Below are positions 1 through 7,091 of a DNA stretch of 64,000 nt, one piece after another. The position numbers and the translations under genes were made by a program. The notes beneath the pieces were generated by a model. It saw only the letters and a list, made by a program, of their open reading frames with translations, was not told the DNA's origin and made no database searches. Location of the stretch: positions 183,178 to 247,177 of the forward strand of contig CAZQZS010000001.1 of NCBI GenBank assembly GCA_964597895.1, in the 5' to 3' direction. The stretch comes from an uncultured Candidatus Saccharibacteria bacterium. Lineage in GTDB: Bacteria; Patescibacteriota; Doudnabacteria; UBA920. Within the stretch, counting starts at the first letter, position 1. Each line of letters starts with the position of its first letter.

Positions 1-131
1 CCAGCGGCGAGGATACCTCCGGAAAGGGGAGGCAGACCGCGAAGCGGTCGTTGGAAAGGGTCCGGGTTAAGTCCAAACTTGGTTTGGACTGCTAACCGGT
101 GAAAACCCTTTCCGGGTTTCCCCCTCCAAGA
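1..131 (+). repeat. Family-A structured intergenic repeat, long variant, 5' end truncated by window edge; ends 6 nt before rplP ATG
   Basis: Near-identical to 4607-4756 (shares ggaaaggggaggcagaccgcgaagcggtcgttggaa plus 48-nt insert with gtccaaacttggtttggac hairpin and gaaaaccc/gggttt 3' hairpin ending cccctccaag). Confidence 0.8.
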
Positions 132-136
132 ACATT

Positions 137-541
137 ATGTTAATTCCAAAAAAGGTCAAACACCGCAAGCATCACCGCGGTCATAACAAGGGTAAAGCTA
201 CTTCCGGTAACACAATTGCTTTCGGCTCCTACGCTTTGAAGGCAATGGAAGGCCGCTTTGTTACTGCCCGCCAGATTGAAGCTGCTCGTCGCGCCATGAC
301 TCGTTCTGTACAGCGCGGTGGCAAAATCTGGATTCGTATTTTCCCAGACAAGCCGATTACCGATCACGGTAACGAATCTGTGATGGGTAGCGGTAAGGGT
401 GCGGTATCCCATTTCGTGGCTGTCGTAAAGAAAGGCCGTATTCTGTTTGAGATGGACGGTGTGAGCGAAGAAGCTGCTCGCGAAGCTATGCGCCTCGCAG
501 CGCACAAGTTGCCAGTAAAGTCCAAATTCCTAATTAAGTAA
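137..541 (+). CDS. rplP: 50S ribosomal protein L16
   Basis: 134 aa, [15 protein letters not shown]...; classic L16 N-terminus and operon position. Confidence 0.95.
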   Translation: MLIPKKVKHRKHHRGHNKGKATSGNTIAFGSYALKAMEGRFVTARQIEAARRAMTRSVQRGGKIWIRIFPDKPITDHGNESVMGSGKGAVSHFVAVVKKGRILFEMDGVSEEAAREAMRLAAHKLPVKSKFLIK

Positions 542-542
542 T

Positions 543-725
543 ATGAAGTATTCATCATTATCCAAAAAGAAAGCCGAAGACATTCGTAAAGAATTGATTC
601 AGCTGCAAGAAAAGCGCGAGAACCTCAGAATGAAAGTGAAGCTGGGCCAGGTTAAGAATGCCCACGAACTTTCTGCGGTGCGCAAGGATATTGCTCGAAT
701 TCTAACTTACTTAAGAGCTAACTAA
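543..725 (+). CDS. rpmC: 50S ribosomal protein L29
   Basis: 60 aa, operon position between L16 and S17, K/E/R-rich helical protein. Confidence 0.85.
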   Translation: MKYSSLSKKKAEDIRKELIQLQEKRENLRMKVKLGQVKNAHELSAVRKDIARILTYLRAN

Positions 726-729
726 ACAT

Positions 730-972
730 ATGACTACAGCAACTAAGCAACAAATGACCGGCACTGTTATTTCCAACAAGATGGATAAAACAGTTGTGGT
801 AAAAGTAGATTTGGTAAAGCGTCACCCAAAGTATCACAAGAGCTATACCAAGTCCTACCGCTACAAAGCGCATGACGCAGACAACAGCTGTGAAATCGGA
901 GACAAAGTGGTAATTGAATCCATTCGTCCGATGAGCCGCGACAAGCGTTTCGCTGTTATTAAGAAAGTTTAA
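730..972 (+). CDS. rpsQ: 30S ribosomal protein S17
   Basis: 80 aa; GTVISNKMDKTVVVKV motif typical of S17. Confidence 0.9.
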   Translation: MTTATKQQMTGTVISNKMDKTVVVKVDLVKRHPKYHKSYTKSYRYKAHDADNSCEIGDKVVIESIRPMSRDKRFAVIKKV

Positions 973-984
973 TTAATTTATTCT

Positions 985-1093
985 CCGAGTCGTCTGGTCT
1001 TGCCAGCGACGAGGAAACCTCCGGAAAGGGGAGGCAGACCGCGAAGCGGTCGTTGGAAGGGGAAAACCCCTTCTGGGTTGTCCCCTCCAAAGA
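985..1093 (+). repeat. Family-A structured intergenic repeat, short variant, ends 8 nt before rplN ATG
   Basis: ccgagtcgtctggtcttgccagcgacgaggaaacctccggaaaggggaggcagaccgcgaagcggtcgttggaaggggaaaaccccttctgggttgtcccctccaaaga; three conserved hairpins. Confidence 0.8.
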
Positions 1094-1101
1094 ATACACC
1101 T

Positions 1102-1473
1102 ATGTTACAAATTCGTTCTTACATTAAAATTGCAGACAATACCGGCGCCAAGGTCGTCAACGTGTTTAGCGTGAACGGAAAGAATAACCGTCGCTTTGCT
1201 CGCGTTGGGGATGTTGTCGCGGGGTCTGTTCGCCAGGCTGCACCAAACGGTTCAGTTAAGAAAGGCGATAAGATTTACGCTGTGATTGTTCGGACCCGCA
1301 AGGAAATCCGCCGCAAGGACGGATCTTACATCCGCTTTGATGAGAACGCAGGTGTATTAGTAGATAAAGAAAAGGGCGAGCCAAAAGGCACCCGTATCTT
1401 TGGTCCAATCCCTCGCGAAGTTCGCGACGCAGGATTTACCAAGATTGCCTCTCTGGCGCCGGAAGTAATATAA
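1102..1473 (+). CDS. rplN: 50S ribosomal protein L14 (track ORF starts at 1000 inside the repeat; true start ATG at 1102)
   Basis: MLQIRSYIKIADNTGAK... canonical L14 N-terminus. Confidence 0.93.
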   Translation: MLQIRSYIKIADNTGAKVVNVFSVNGKNNRRFARVGDVVAGSVRQAAPNGSVKKGDKIYAVIVRTRKEIRRKDGSYIRFDENAGVLVDKEKGEPKGTRIFGPIPREVRDAGFTKIASLAPEVI

Positions 1474-1477
1474 ATCT

Positions 1478-1804
1478 ATGACTCAAGTAAAGCTCAAAAT
1501 TAAGAAAGGCGACACCGTAAAGGTATTGTCTGGCAAGGACAAAGGCAAGACTGGCAAAGTATTGCGCGTGCTTCCTAGTGTCCACAAGGTAGTCGTAGAG
1601 AACGTAAATGTTCACACTAAGTATGAACGTCCTCGTGGCACCCGCCAGCGCACTCCGCAGCAAATTTCCTTTGCAAGCCCAATGCCTGTTTCTAAAGTTA
1701 TGCTGGTTGATTCAAATTCCGGCAAGCCGACCCGCGTTGGATATCAGATTTTAGAAAACGGAACCAAGCAGCGCATCGCCAAGAAGAGCGGAAAAGCAGT
1801 CTAA
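1478..1804 (+). CDS. rplX: 50S ribosomal protein L24
   Basis: KIKKGDTVKVLSGKDKGKTGKV KOW motif. Confidence 0.92.
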   Translation: MTQVKLKIKKGDTVKVLSGKDKGKTGKVLRVLPSVHKVVVENVNVHTKYERPRGTRQRTPQQISFASPMPVSKVMLVDSNSGKPTRVGYQILENGTKQRIAKKSGKAV

Positions 1805-1816
1805 TAATATTTATTT

Positions 1817-2356
1817 ATGAATCGTTTACAAGAACAATATAATAAAGAGATTGCTCCAGCCTTGAAGGAAAAGTTCGGCTATACCAATGTAATGGCTGTG
1901 CCGAAAATCAAGCAGATCAATATCAATATCGGCGTTGGTAAGTACCTCAAAGACAATCGCTTTATGGAATCAATCCGCAAAGACCTGACAGCTTTGTCTG
2001 GTCAGAAGCCGGTTGAAACCAAAGCGCGCAAGTCTATCGCTGGATTCAAGATTCGTGATGGGCAGGTTGTCGGAATGACAGTCACCCTCCGCGGTCAGCG
2101 CATGTATGATTTTCTGGACAAGCTGATCAGTATCGGTCTTCCACGCGTGAAGGACTTCCGTGGTGTATCTAAGAAAGGCTTTGACCGCCGTGGTAATTAC
2201 AACCTCGGACTCAAGGAACATCTTGTTTTCCCGGAAATTTCCCAAGACGCGCTAGAACACATCTTTGGTCTGCAAATCACTATTGTTACTGACGCAGGCA
2301 AAGACGAGCCAGCTTACGAGCTGCTCAAAGCAATGAAGTTTCCATTTAAAGACTAA
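1817..2356 (+). CDS. rplE: 50S ribosomal protein L5
   Basis: 179 aa, NVMAVPKIKQININIGVG, L5 family. Confidence 0.93.
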   Translation: MNRLQEQYNKEIAPALKEKFGYTNVMAVPKIKQININIGVGKYLKDNRFMESIRKDLTALSGQKPVETKARKSIAGFKIRDGQVVGMTVTLRGQRMYDFLDKLISIGLPRVKDFRGVSKKGFDRRGNYNLGLKEHLVFPEISQDALEHIFGLQITIVTDAGKDEPAYELLKAMKFPFKD

Positions 2357-2378
2357 TCATTAAGTAACTAAATTTTCG

Positions 2379-2478
2379 CTTGGGCTAAGCCTGAGCCGAC
2401 CCGACGTAGTGTAACGAGGTGGGTCGCAGCGAAGGCGCCAGTTAAGCGAAAATTTAAGAGGAGTACTTGGCGGAGGGC
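2379..2478 (+). other. Structured element inside an unusually long (175 nt) rplE-rpsZ spacer; closed by perfect 12-bp stem aaattttcgctt/aagcgaaaattt
   Basis: Inverted repeat at 2379-2390 and 2467-2478 enclosing GC-rich inner hairpins (cgaccc...gggtcg). Confidence 0.5.
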
Positions 2479-2531
2479 GATAGGAATTAGCATTAGCTGA
2501 TACCGATAGCCCGGCAGACAAGTACGACGAT

Positions 2532-2726
2532 ATGGCTAAAAAGAGTTTAATCGCAAAAGCAAATCGCAGTTTGAAGAAACCGAAGTTCTCTTCTCGAGTA
2601 ATTCGGCGCTGTTTGAAGTGCGGCCGTAAAGCTGCTTTCATGAGAGATTTCTCTTTGTGCCGTATTTGTTTTAGAGAATTAGCTAGCCGCGGCGAAATCC
2701 CTGGCGTAGTAAAGGCCTCCTGGTAA
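2532..2726 (+). CDS. rpsZ: 30S ribosomal protein S14 type Z (zinc-binding, 4 Cys)
   Basis: 64 aa with CLKCGRK...CRICFRE. Confidence 0.9.
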   Translation: MAKKSLIAKANRSLKKPKFSSRVIRRCLKCGRKAAFMRDFSLCRICFRELASRGEIPGVVKASW

Positions 2727-2730
2727 AACT

Positions 2731-3123
2731 ATGTATACAGATCCAATTTCCGACATGTTAACAAGAATCCGCAATGGGCTTGCAGCAGGCAAGCAGGATT
2801 TGGTAATGCCTTACTCTAAGTACAAGCACAGCTTGGCTAAAGTATTGTTAGAAGAAGGCTTTCTCTCTGGCGTCAATGAGTTGCCTGGCCGCATCAAAAT
2901 GCTCCAGATCAATTTGAAGTATGATAACGGCGGTAGCCCGGTAATTTCTGGCATCAAGCGCGTTAGCACTCCAGGACAGCGCATTTACATGCCTGTCGGC
3001 AAGATTCCTCGCACTAACGGCGGCTACGGCGTGACAGTTGTTTCCACATCCAAAGGTCTAGTTACAGATAAGCGCGCCCGCAAGGATCGCATCGGCGGAG
3101 AAGTAATTTGCCAAATTTGGTAA
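2731..3123 (+). CDS. rpsH: 30S ribosomal protein S8
   Basis: DPISDMLTRIRNG N-terminus. Confidence 0.93.
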   Translation: MYTDPISDMLTRIRNGLAAGKQDLVMPYSKYKHSLAKVLLEEGFLSGVNELPGRIKMLQINLKYDNGGSPVISGIKRVSTPGQRIYMPVGKIPRTNGGYGVTVVSTSKGLVTDKRARKDRIGGEVICQIW

Positions 3124-3138
3124 AGGTTAATCAAATAT

Positions 3139-3720
3139 ATGAGTAGAGTAGGTAAAAAACCAGTCATTCTTCCAAACGGCATTACCGCCGAATTGAAAGA
3201 CAACACCCTGACCATCAAAGGTGGTAAAGGCAGTTTAACTATGACCGTTCATCCAAAAGTTACAGTTGAAATTAAGGATAACGAAGTCTCTGTTGATGTA
3301 GCAAAGAAAGAAGACAAGCGCGAAAAAGCTCTATGGGGCTTGTCCCGCGCTTTGGTTCAAAATATGGTTGATGGTCTGGAAAAAGGTTACAGCAAGCAGC
3401 TTGATGTAGTCGGTGTTGGTTTTAAAGCTGAAGTCCGCGGCAAAGATCTGGTTCTCAACTTAGGTTTCTCTCACCCAATTGAATTCCCAATTCCAGAAGG
3501 CATTGAAGTGAAGGCCGAAAAGGATCCAGCTAAAGTTACTATTCAGCAATATCAGACTACTATTACATTGACCGGTATTGATAAGCAGTTGGTTGGCCAG
3601 GTCGCAGCCAACATTCGCGAATTAAAGAAGCCAGAACCTTATAAGGGCAAGGGTATTCGTTATAGCGACGAAAACATCCTGCGCAAGGCTGGTAAAGTCG
3701 TTAAGGCGGTAGGTAAATAA
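3139..3720 (+). CDS. rplF: 50S ribosomal protein L6
   Basis: [15 protein letters not shown]... two-domain L6. Confidence 0.93.
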   Translation: MSRVGKKPVILPNGITAELKDNTLTIKGGKGSLTMTVHPKVTVEIKDNEVSVDVAKKEDKREKALWGLSRALVQNMVDGLEKGYSKQLDVVGVGFKAEVRGKDLVLNLGFSHPIEFPIPEGIEVKAEKDPAKVTIQQYQTTITLTGIDKQLVGQVAANIRELKKPEPYKGKGIRYSDENILRKAGKVVKAVGK

Positions 3721-3721
3721 T

Positions 3722-4075
3722 ATGAACAAGATTCAGCATAAACAACTCAAGCATCAGCTCCGCAAGGGACGCGTGCGCAGCGTAGTTTCTGGGACCACTA
3801 GCCGGCCACGCCTGTCAGTGTTCCGCTCTAATGCTCACATCTCAGCCCAGATTATTGATGACGAAACCGGCAAGACCTTAGCATCCTCTTCTACTTCTAT
3901 TTTGAAAGCTTCTGGTAATAAAGTAGAGCAAGCAGTAGCAGTTGGTAAGGATATCGCTGCTAAAGCACAAGCTGCTGGCGTAAAGGCTGTCGTATTTGAC
4001 CGCGGCGGCTATAAGTATCATGGCCGCGTTAAAGCAATCGCTGATGGCGCTCGCGAAGCTGGCCTGCAATTTTAA
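3722..4075 (+). CDS. rplR: 50S ribosomal protein L18
   Basis: [20 protein letters not shown] motif. Confidence 0.92.
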   Translation: MNKIQHKQLKHQLRKGRVRSVVSGTTSRPRLSVFRSNAHISAQIIDDETGKTLASSSTSILKASGNKVEQAVAVGKDIAAKAQAAGVKAVVFDRGGYKYHGRVKAIADGAREAGLQF

Positions 4076-4093
4076 TTCTAATTCTCAATAACT

Positions 4094-4594
4094 ATGGAAA
4101 AGAGATCTCGCAAACCGAATAATCGCACTCCGCAGCAGCCTCGTGAATTTGATCAGAAGGTTGTGGAAGTTAAGCGCGTCACCCGCGTAGTTGCTGGTGG
4201 TAAGCGCATGCGTTTCCGCGCTTTGGTGGTAATTGGTGACCACAAAGGCAAAGTTGGTATTGGTTTGAAAAAGGGGATGGACGTTACTGAGAGCGTCAAC
4301 AAAGCCGTGAATGCTGCAAAGAAGAACATGATTACTGTACCGATTGTTAACGATACGATTCCTCACGAAGTTAAAGTAAAGTACAAGTCCAGCAAACTCT
4401 TGATGATGCCTGCTCGTCCTGGTACTGGTGTAATTGCCGGTGGCGCTGTCCGTAGCGTTTTGGACATGGCTGGTATTAAGAACGTAATCAGCAAAATGGT
4501 TGGGTCTAACAATAAGACTAACAACGTTCGCGCTGCTTACGAAGCGTTCAAGATGATGCGCAGTAAAGAAGATATCTTGGCAGCCCGCAAATAA
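4094..4594 (+). CDS. rpsE: 30S ribosomal protein S5
   Basis: VTRVVAGGKRMRFRALVVIGD...; S5 dsRBD and C-terminal domain. Confidence 0.93.
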   Translation: MEKRSRKPNNRTPQQPREFDQKVVEVKRVTRVVAGGKRMRFRALVVIGDHKGKVGIGLKKGMDVTESVNKAVNAAKKNMITVPIVNDTIPHEVKVKYKSSKLLMMPARPGTGVIAGGAVRSVLDMAGIKNVISKMVGSNNKTNNVRAAYEAFKMMRSKEDILAARK

Positions 4595-4606
4595 CTAATT
4601 TAAACC

Positions 4607-4756
4607 CCGAGTCGTCTGGGTCTCCCAGCGACGAGGAAACTTAAGGAAAGGGGAGGCAGACCGCGAAGCGGTCGTTGGAAAGGGTCCGGGTTAAGTCCAA
4701 ACTTGATTTGGACTGCTAACCGGTGAAAACCCCTTCTGGGTTTTCCCCTCCAAAGA
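4607..4756 (+). repeat. Family-A structured intergenic repeat, long variant, occupying the position where rpmD (L30) normally sits; ends 5 nt before rplO ATG
   Basis: Near-identical to 1-131 over ~130 nt. Confidence 0.8.
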
Positions 4757-4761
4757 GATAT

Positions 4762-5196
4762 ATGATCAAGCTACACGATTTAAAACGTCATCCAAAATCA
4801 ACCAAGCGCCGCAAAGTTGTCGGTCGCGGTGTTGGTAGTGGACACGGTACCTATTCCACCCGCGGTGCCAAAGGTCAAAAGTCCCGCACCGGGCACTCCA
4901 AAACCCCAGCTCGCTTTGAAGGTGGCCGTCAACCGTTGATTCGCCAAGTGCCAAAGAGCCGCGGTTTTAAGAGCTTGCATGAAAGCGCGATGGCAGTGAG
5001 CGTTACTGCTCTCAATAAATTCGCCGACGGCGATGTTGTAACCATCGCAACCCTAAAGAAGGCAGGACTTATCCCAAGCACGGTTAATAGAGTCAAATTG
5101 CTCAAGGGTGATCTTAAGCGCAAGCTTACAGTCGGCGTCCCTGCGTCTGCGACAGCAAAAGAAGCTATCGAAAAAGCAGGCGGCAGCATTAAATAA
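4762..5196 (+). CDS. rplO: 50S ribosomal protein L15 (track ORF 4723 starts inside the repeat; true start 4762)
   Basis: MIKLHDLKRHPKSTKRRKVVGRGVGSGHG. Confidence 0.92.
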   Translation: MIKLHDLKRHPKSTKRRKVVGRGVGSGHGTYSTRGAKGQKSRTGHSKTPARFEGGRQPLIRQVPKSRGFKSLHESAMAVSVTALNKFADGDVVTIATLKKAGLIPSTVNRVKLLKGDLKRKLTVGVPASATAKEAIEKAGGSIK

Positions 5197-5241
5197 TAAA
5201 TTTTAAGATGCCATCTTTGCCTGTGACTAAGATGGCATCTA

Positions 5242-6534
5242 TTGTATAATACCAATATGAATAAACTCAGTTTAATTTGGAAAACTAAGGATTTGCGCTG
5301 GAAAATCACCATGGTGCTGATTCTCTTGCTGATGACCCGCGTTTTGGCGCACATCCCAATCCCTGGGGTTAGCGTAGAAGGTTTGCGGACTTTCTTTGAA
5401 AGCAACCAATTCTTGAATTTGTTGAATATTTTCTCTGGTGGTGGGCTGAGCAATTTTTCTATTGCTTTACTTGGTGTCGGTCCTTACATTACCGCATCTA
5501 TCATCATGCAACTCTTGGCCATGATCGTACCTTCACTGCAGGAATTGCAAAAGGAAAGCGGAGAAGCTGGTCGTACAAAAATCAACCAGTACACAAGATT
5601 CCTAACTATCCCATTAGCGATTTTGTCCGGATTCGGTACTATTCGCTTGCTGCAAAGCCAGGGCGGAGCAGAACTGCTCGGCGTGTTCACTCCTTTCCAG
5701 TGGTTTTTGACTTTGCTCGCGGTTACAGCCGGAACCATGCTAGTCATGTGGATCGGTGAAATTATTTCTGAGTACGGCATTGGTAATGGTATCTCTTTGG
5801 TAATTTTCGCAGGTATCGTTGCGCAGCTGCCAGCCAGCGCAGGCTCTTTGATTGAACTGTATGATCCAACTCAATTGCCGACAATTTTAGGTTTTGCTGC
5901 TGTCTCACTGCTGGTTATTGCTGGAGTGGTCTATGTAACTGAAGCTCAGCGGAATATTCCTGTATCTTATGCTAAACGCATGCAGGGTGAACGCCAGGTC
6001 GGCGGAGTCAGTTCTCATCTGCCTTTGCGTTTAAACCAAGCCGGTGTAATTCCAATCATCTTTGCCATTTCCTTGTTGCTGTTCCCAGCGATTATCGCCC
6101 AGTTCTTTGTGAACGCCAAAACTCCTTTGGTTGCAGAATGGGCGCAGAAAGCTATTGACTTCACTAATAATCAAGGGCTGTGGTACGGCGTGGCTTACTT
6201 CGTATTAGTGGTATTGTTCACCTATTTCTACACCAATATCGTGGTTAATCCTGATGATGTTTCCAAGAATATGCAGCGCAGCGGGGGCTTTATTCCTGGT
6301 ATTCGCCCGGGAAATCAGACAGCTGATTATCTTTATAAAGTGCTAAACCGCATTACCTTGCCTGGTTCGTTATTCCTTGGCACGATTGCTATTCTGCCGT
6401 TCTTGATGCAGACTTGGACAGGCACTCAAGCCTTAACATTCGGCGGTACCGGATTGCTTATTGTTGTATCGGTTGTCATTGAAAGTATCAAACAGGTTGA
6501 GGCACAACTTACAATGCACGATTACCAGAAATAA
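5242..6534 (+). CDS. secY: Preprotein translocase subunit SecY (start may be 5257)
   Basis: 430 aa, 10 TM segments, conserved plug and gate regions, operon position after L15. Confidence 0.93.
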   Translation: MYNTNMNKLSLIWKTKDLRWKITMVLILLLMTRVLAHIPIPGVSVEGLRTFFESNQFLNLLNIFSGGGLSNFSIALLGVGPYITASIIMQLLAMIVPSLQELQKESGEAGRTKINQYTRFLTIPLAILSGFGTIRLLQSQGGAELLGVFTPFQWFLTLLAVTAGTMLVMWIGEIISEYGIGNGISLVIFAGIVAQLPASAGSLIELYDPTQLPTILGFAAVSLLVIAGVVYVTEAQRNIPVSYAKRMQGERQVGGVSSHLPLRLNQAGVIPIIFAISLLLFPAIIAQFFVNAKTPLVAEWAQKAIDFTNNQGLWYGVAYFVLVVLFTYFYTNIVVNPDDVSKNMQRSGGFIPGIRPGNQTADYLYKVLNRITLPGSLFLGTIAILPFLMQTWTGTQALTFGGTGLLIVVSVVIESIKQVEAQLTMHDYQK

Positions 6535-6556
6535 AATTATTTTTGATTGCAAATTT

Positions 6557-6582
6557 AAACCCCCGCTGCGCGGGGGTTTTTG
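6557..6582 (+). terminator. Rho-independent terminator after secY
   Basis: cccccgctgcgcggggg followed by tttttg. Confidence 0.8.
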
Positions 6583-6589
6583 TATGTTC

Positions 6590-6672
6590 GACCGAGCTTG
6601 CCGCTCAAGCCGATGGGCTACGTTTCGCTTTCCGAAACTGGGCCCAGAGCCTTTCGCTTAGCAAGCTCGGTC
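6590..6672 (+). other. 83-nt structured element closed by perfect 12-bp stem gaccgagcttgc/gcaagctcggtc with nested inner hairpins
   Basis: Inverted repeats seen directly; inner gtttcg-ctttc-cgaaac and gggc/gccc pairs. Confidence 0.5.
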
Positions 6673-6705
6673 TCTAAAAGGGAGTTAGTAGATTCATGTG
6701 TTTTA

Positions 6706-6714
6706 TGGTATAAT
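6706..6714 (+). promoter_or_regulatory. Extended -10 promoter TGgTATAAT; ATG 9 nt downstream (leaderless transcript predicted)
   Basis: tggtataat at 6706-6714, ATG at 6724. Confidence 0.55.
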
Positions 6715-6723
6715 TTGGTCACT

Positions 6724-7047
6724 ATGGAACAAGAAAATAAAGAATTTCCTCAACATTTGGAACAACCCAATCATGAGTTTGCCGCACCAGAAAACTCTCC
6801 CATGCAAGAAACCGAAGGGTTCATTGTTGAGCTGCAGGTCACTGAAGCGGAAAAGCAAGAAATAGCCGAACAGCTGGCAGAACAGCAGCCGGTTGCTCCT
6901 ACCATACAGGAAGTAAAGGCAGCTGCAGTAGAACGCGCCCAGCAACAGGAAGAAATTGATAAAGCTCACGAGCATTTGCAAAAAGATAATGACATAGAAA
7001 CCAGCGGCGATGCCTATGAAATGATCAACGACTTAATGAATAACTAA
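6724..7047 (+). CDS. Small acidic hypothetical protein (108 aa; track ORF 6580 is an upstream extension)
   Basis: Start placed after the promoter; E/Q-rich, low complexity. Confidence 0.5.
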   Translation: MEQENKEFPQHLEQPNHEFAAPENSPMQETEGFIVELQVTEAEKQEIAEQLAEQQPVAPTIQEVKAAAVERAQQQEEIDKAHEHLQKDNDIETSGDAYEMINDLMNN

Positions 7048-7091
7048 GCTTCAGTCCGCAAATTACTTAAAACAAAAAGCAAAATTACCAA

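Noticed and set aside
140-558. Minus-strand ORFs 140-505 and 364-558 antisense to rplP, and many similar antisense ORFs in the track (e.g. 4929-5453, 8550-8867, 38199-38582, 39450-39950, 51864-52238, 52438-52827)
   Set aside because: They overlap high-confidence conserved genes on the opposite strand, have no SD or promoter context and biased composition; typical shadow ORFs of GC-rich coding regions.
1000-1101. N-terminal extensions of rplN (1000), rplO (4723) and mraZ (51157) giving peptides like PSGLSPPK / PSGFSPPK / LPGFSPPN
   Set aside because: The extensions are read-through translations of the family-A repeat; the canonical N-termini begin at the downstream ATGs.
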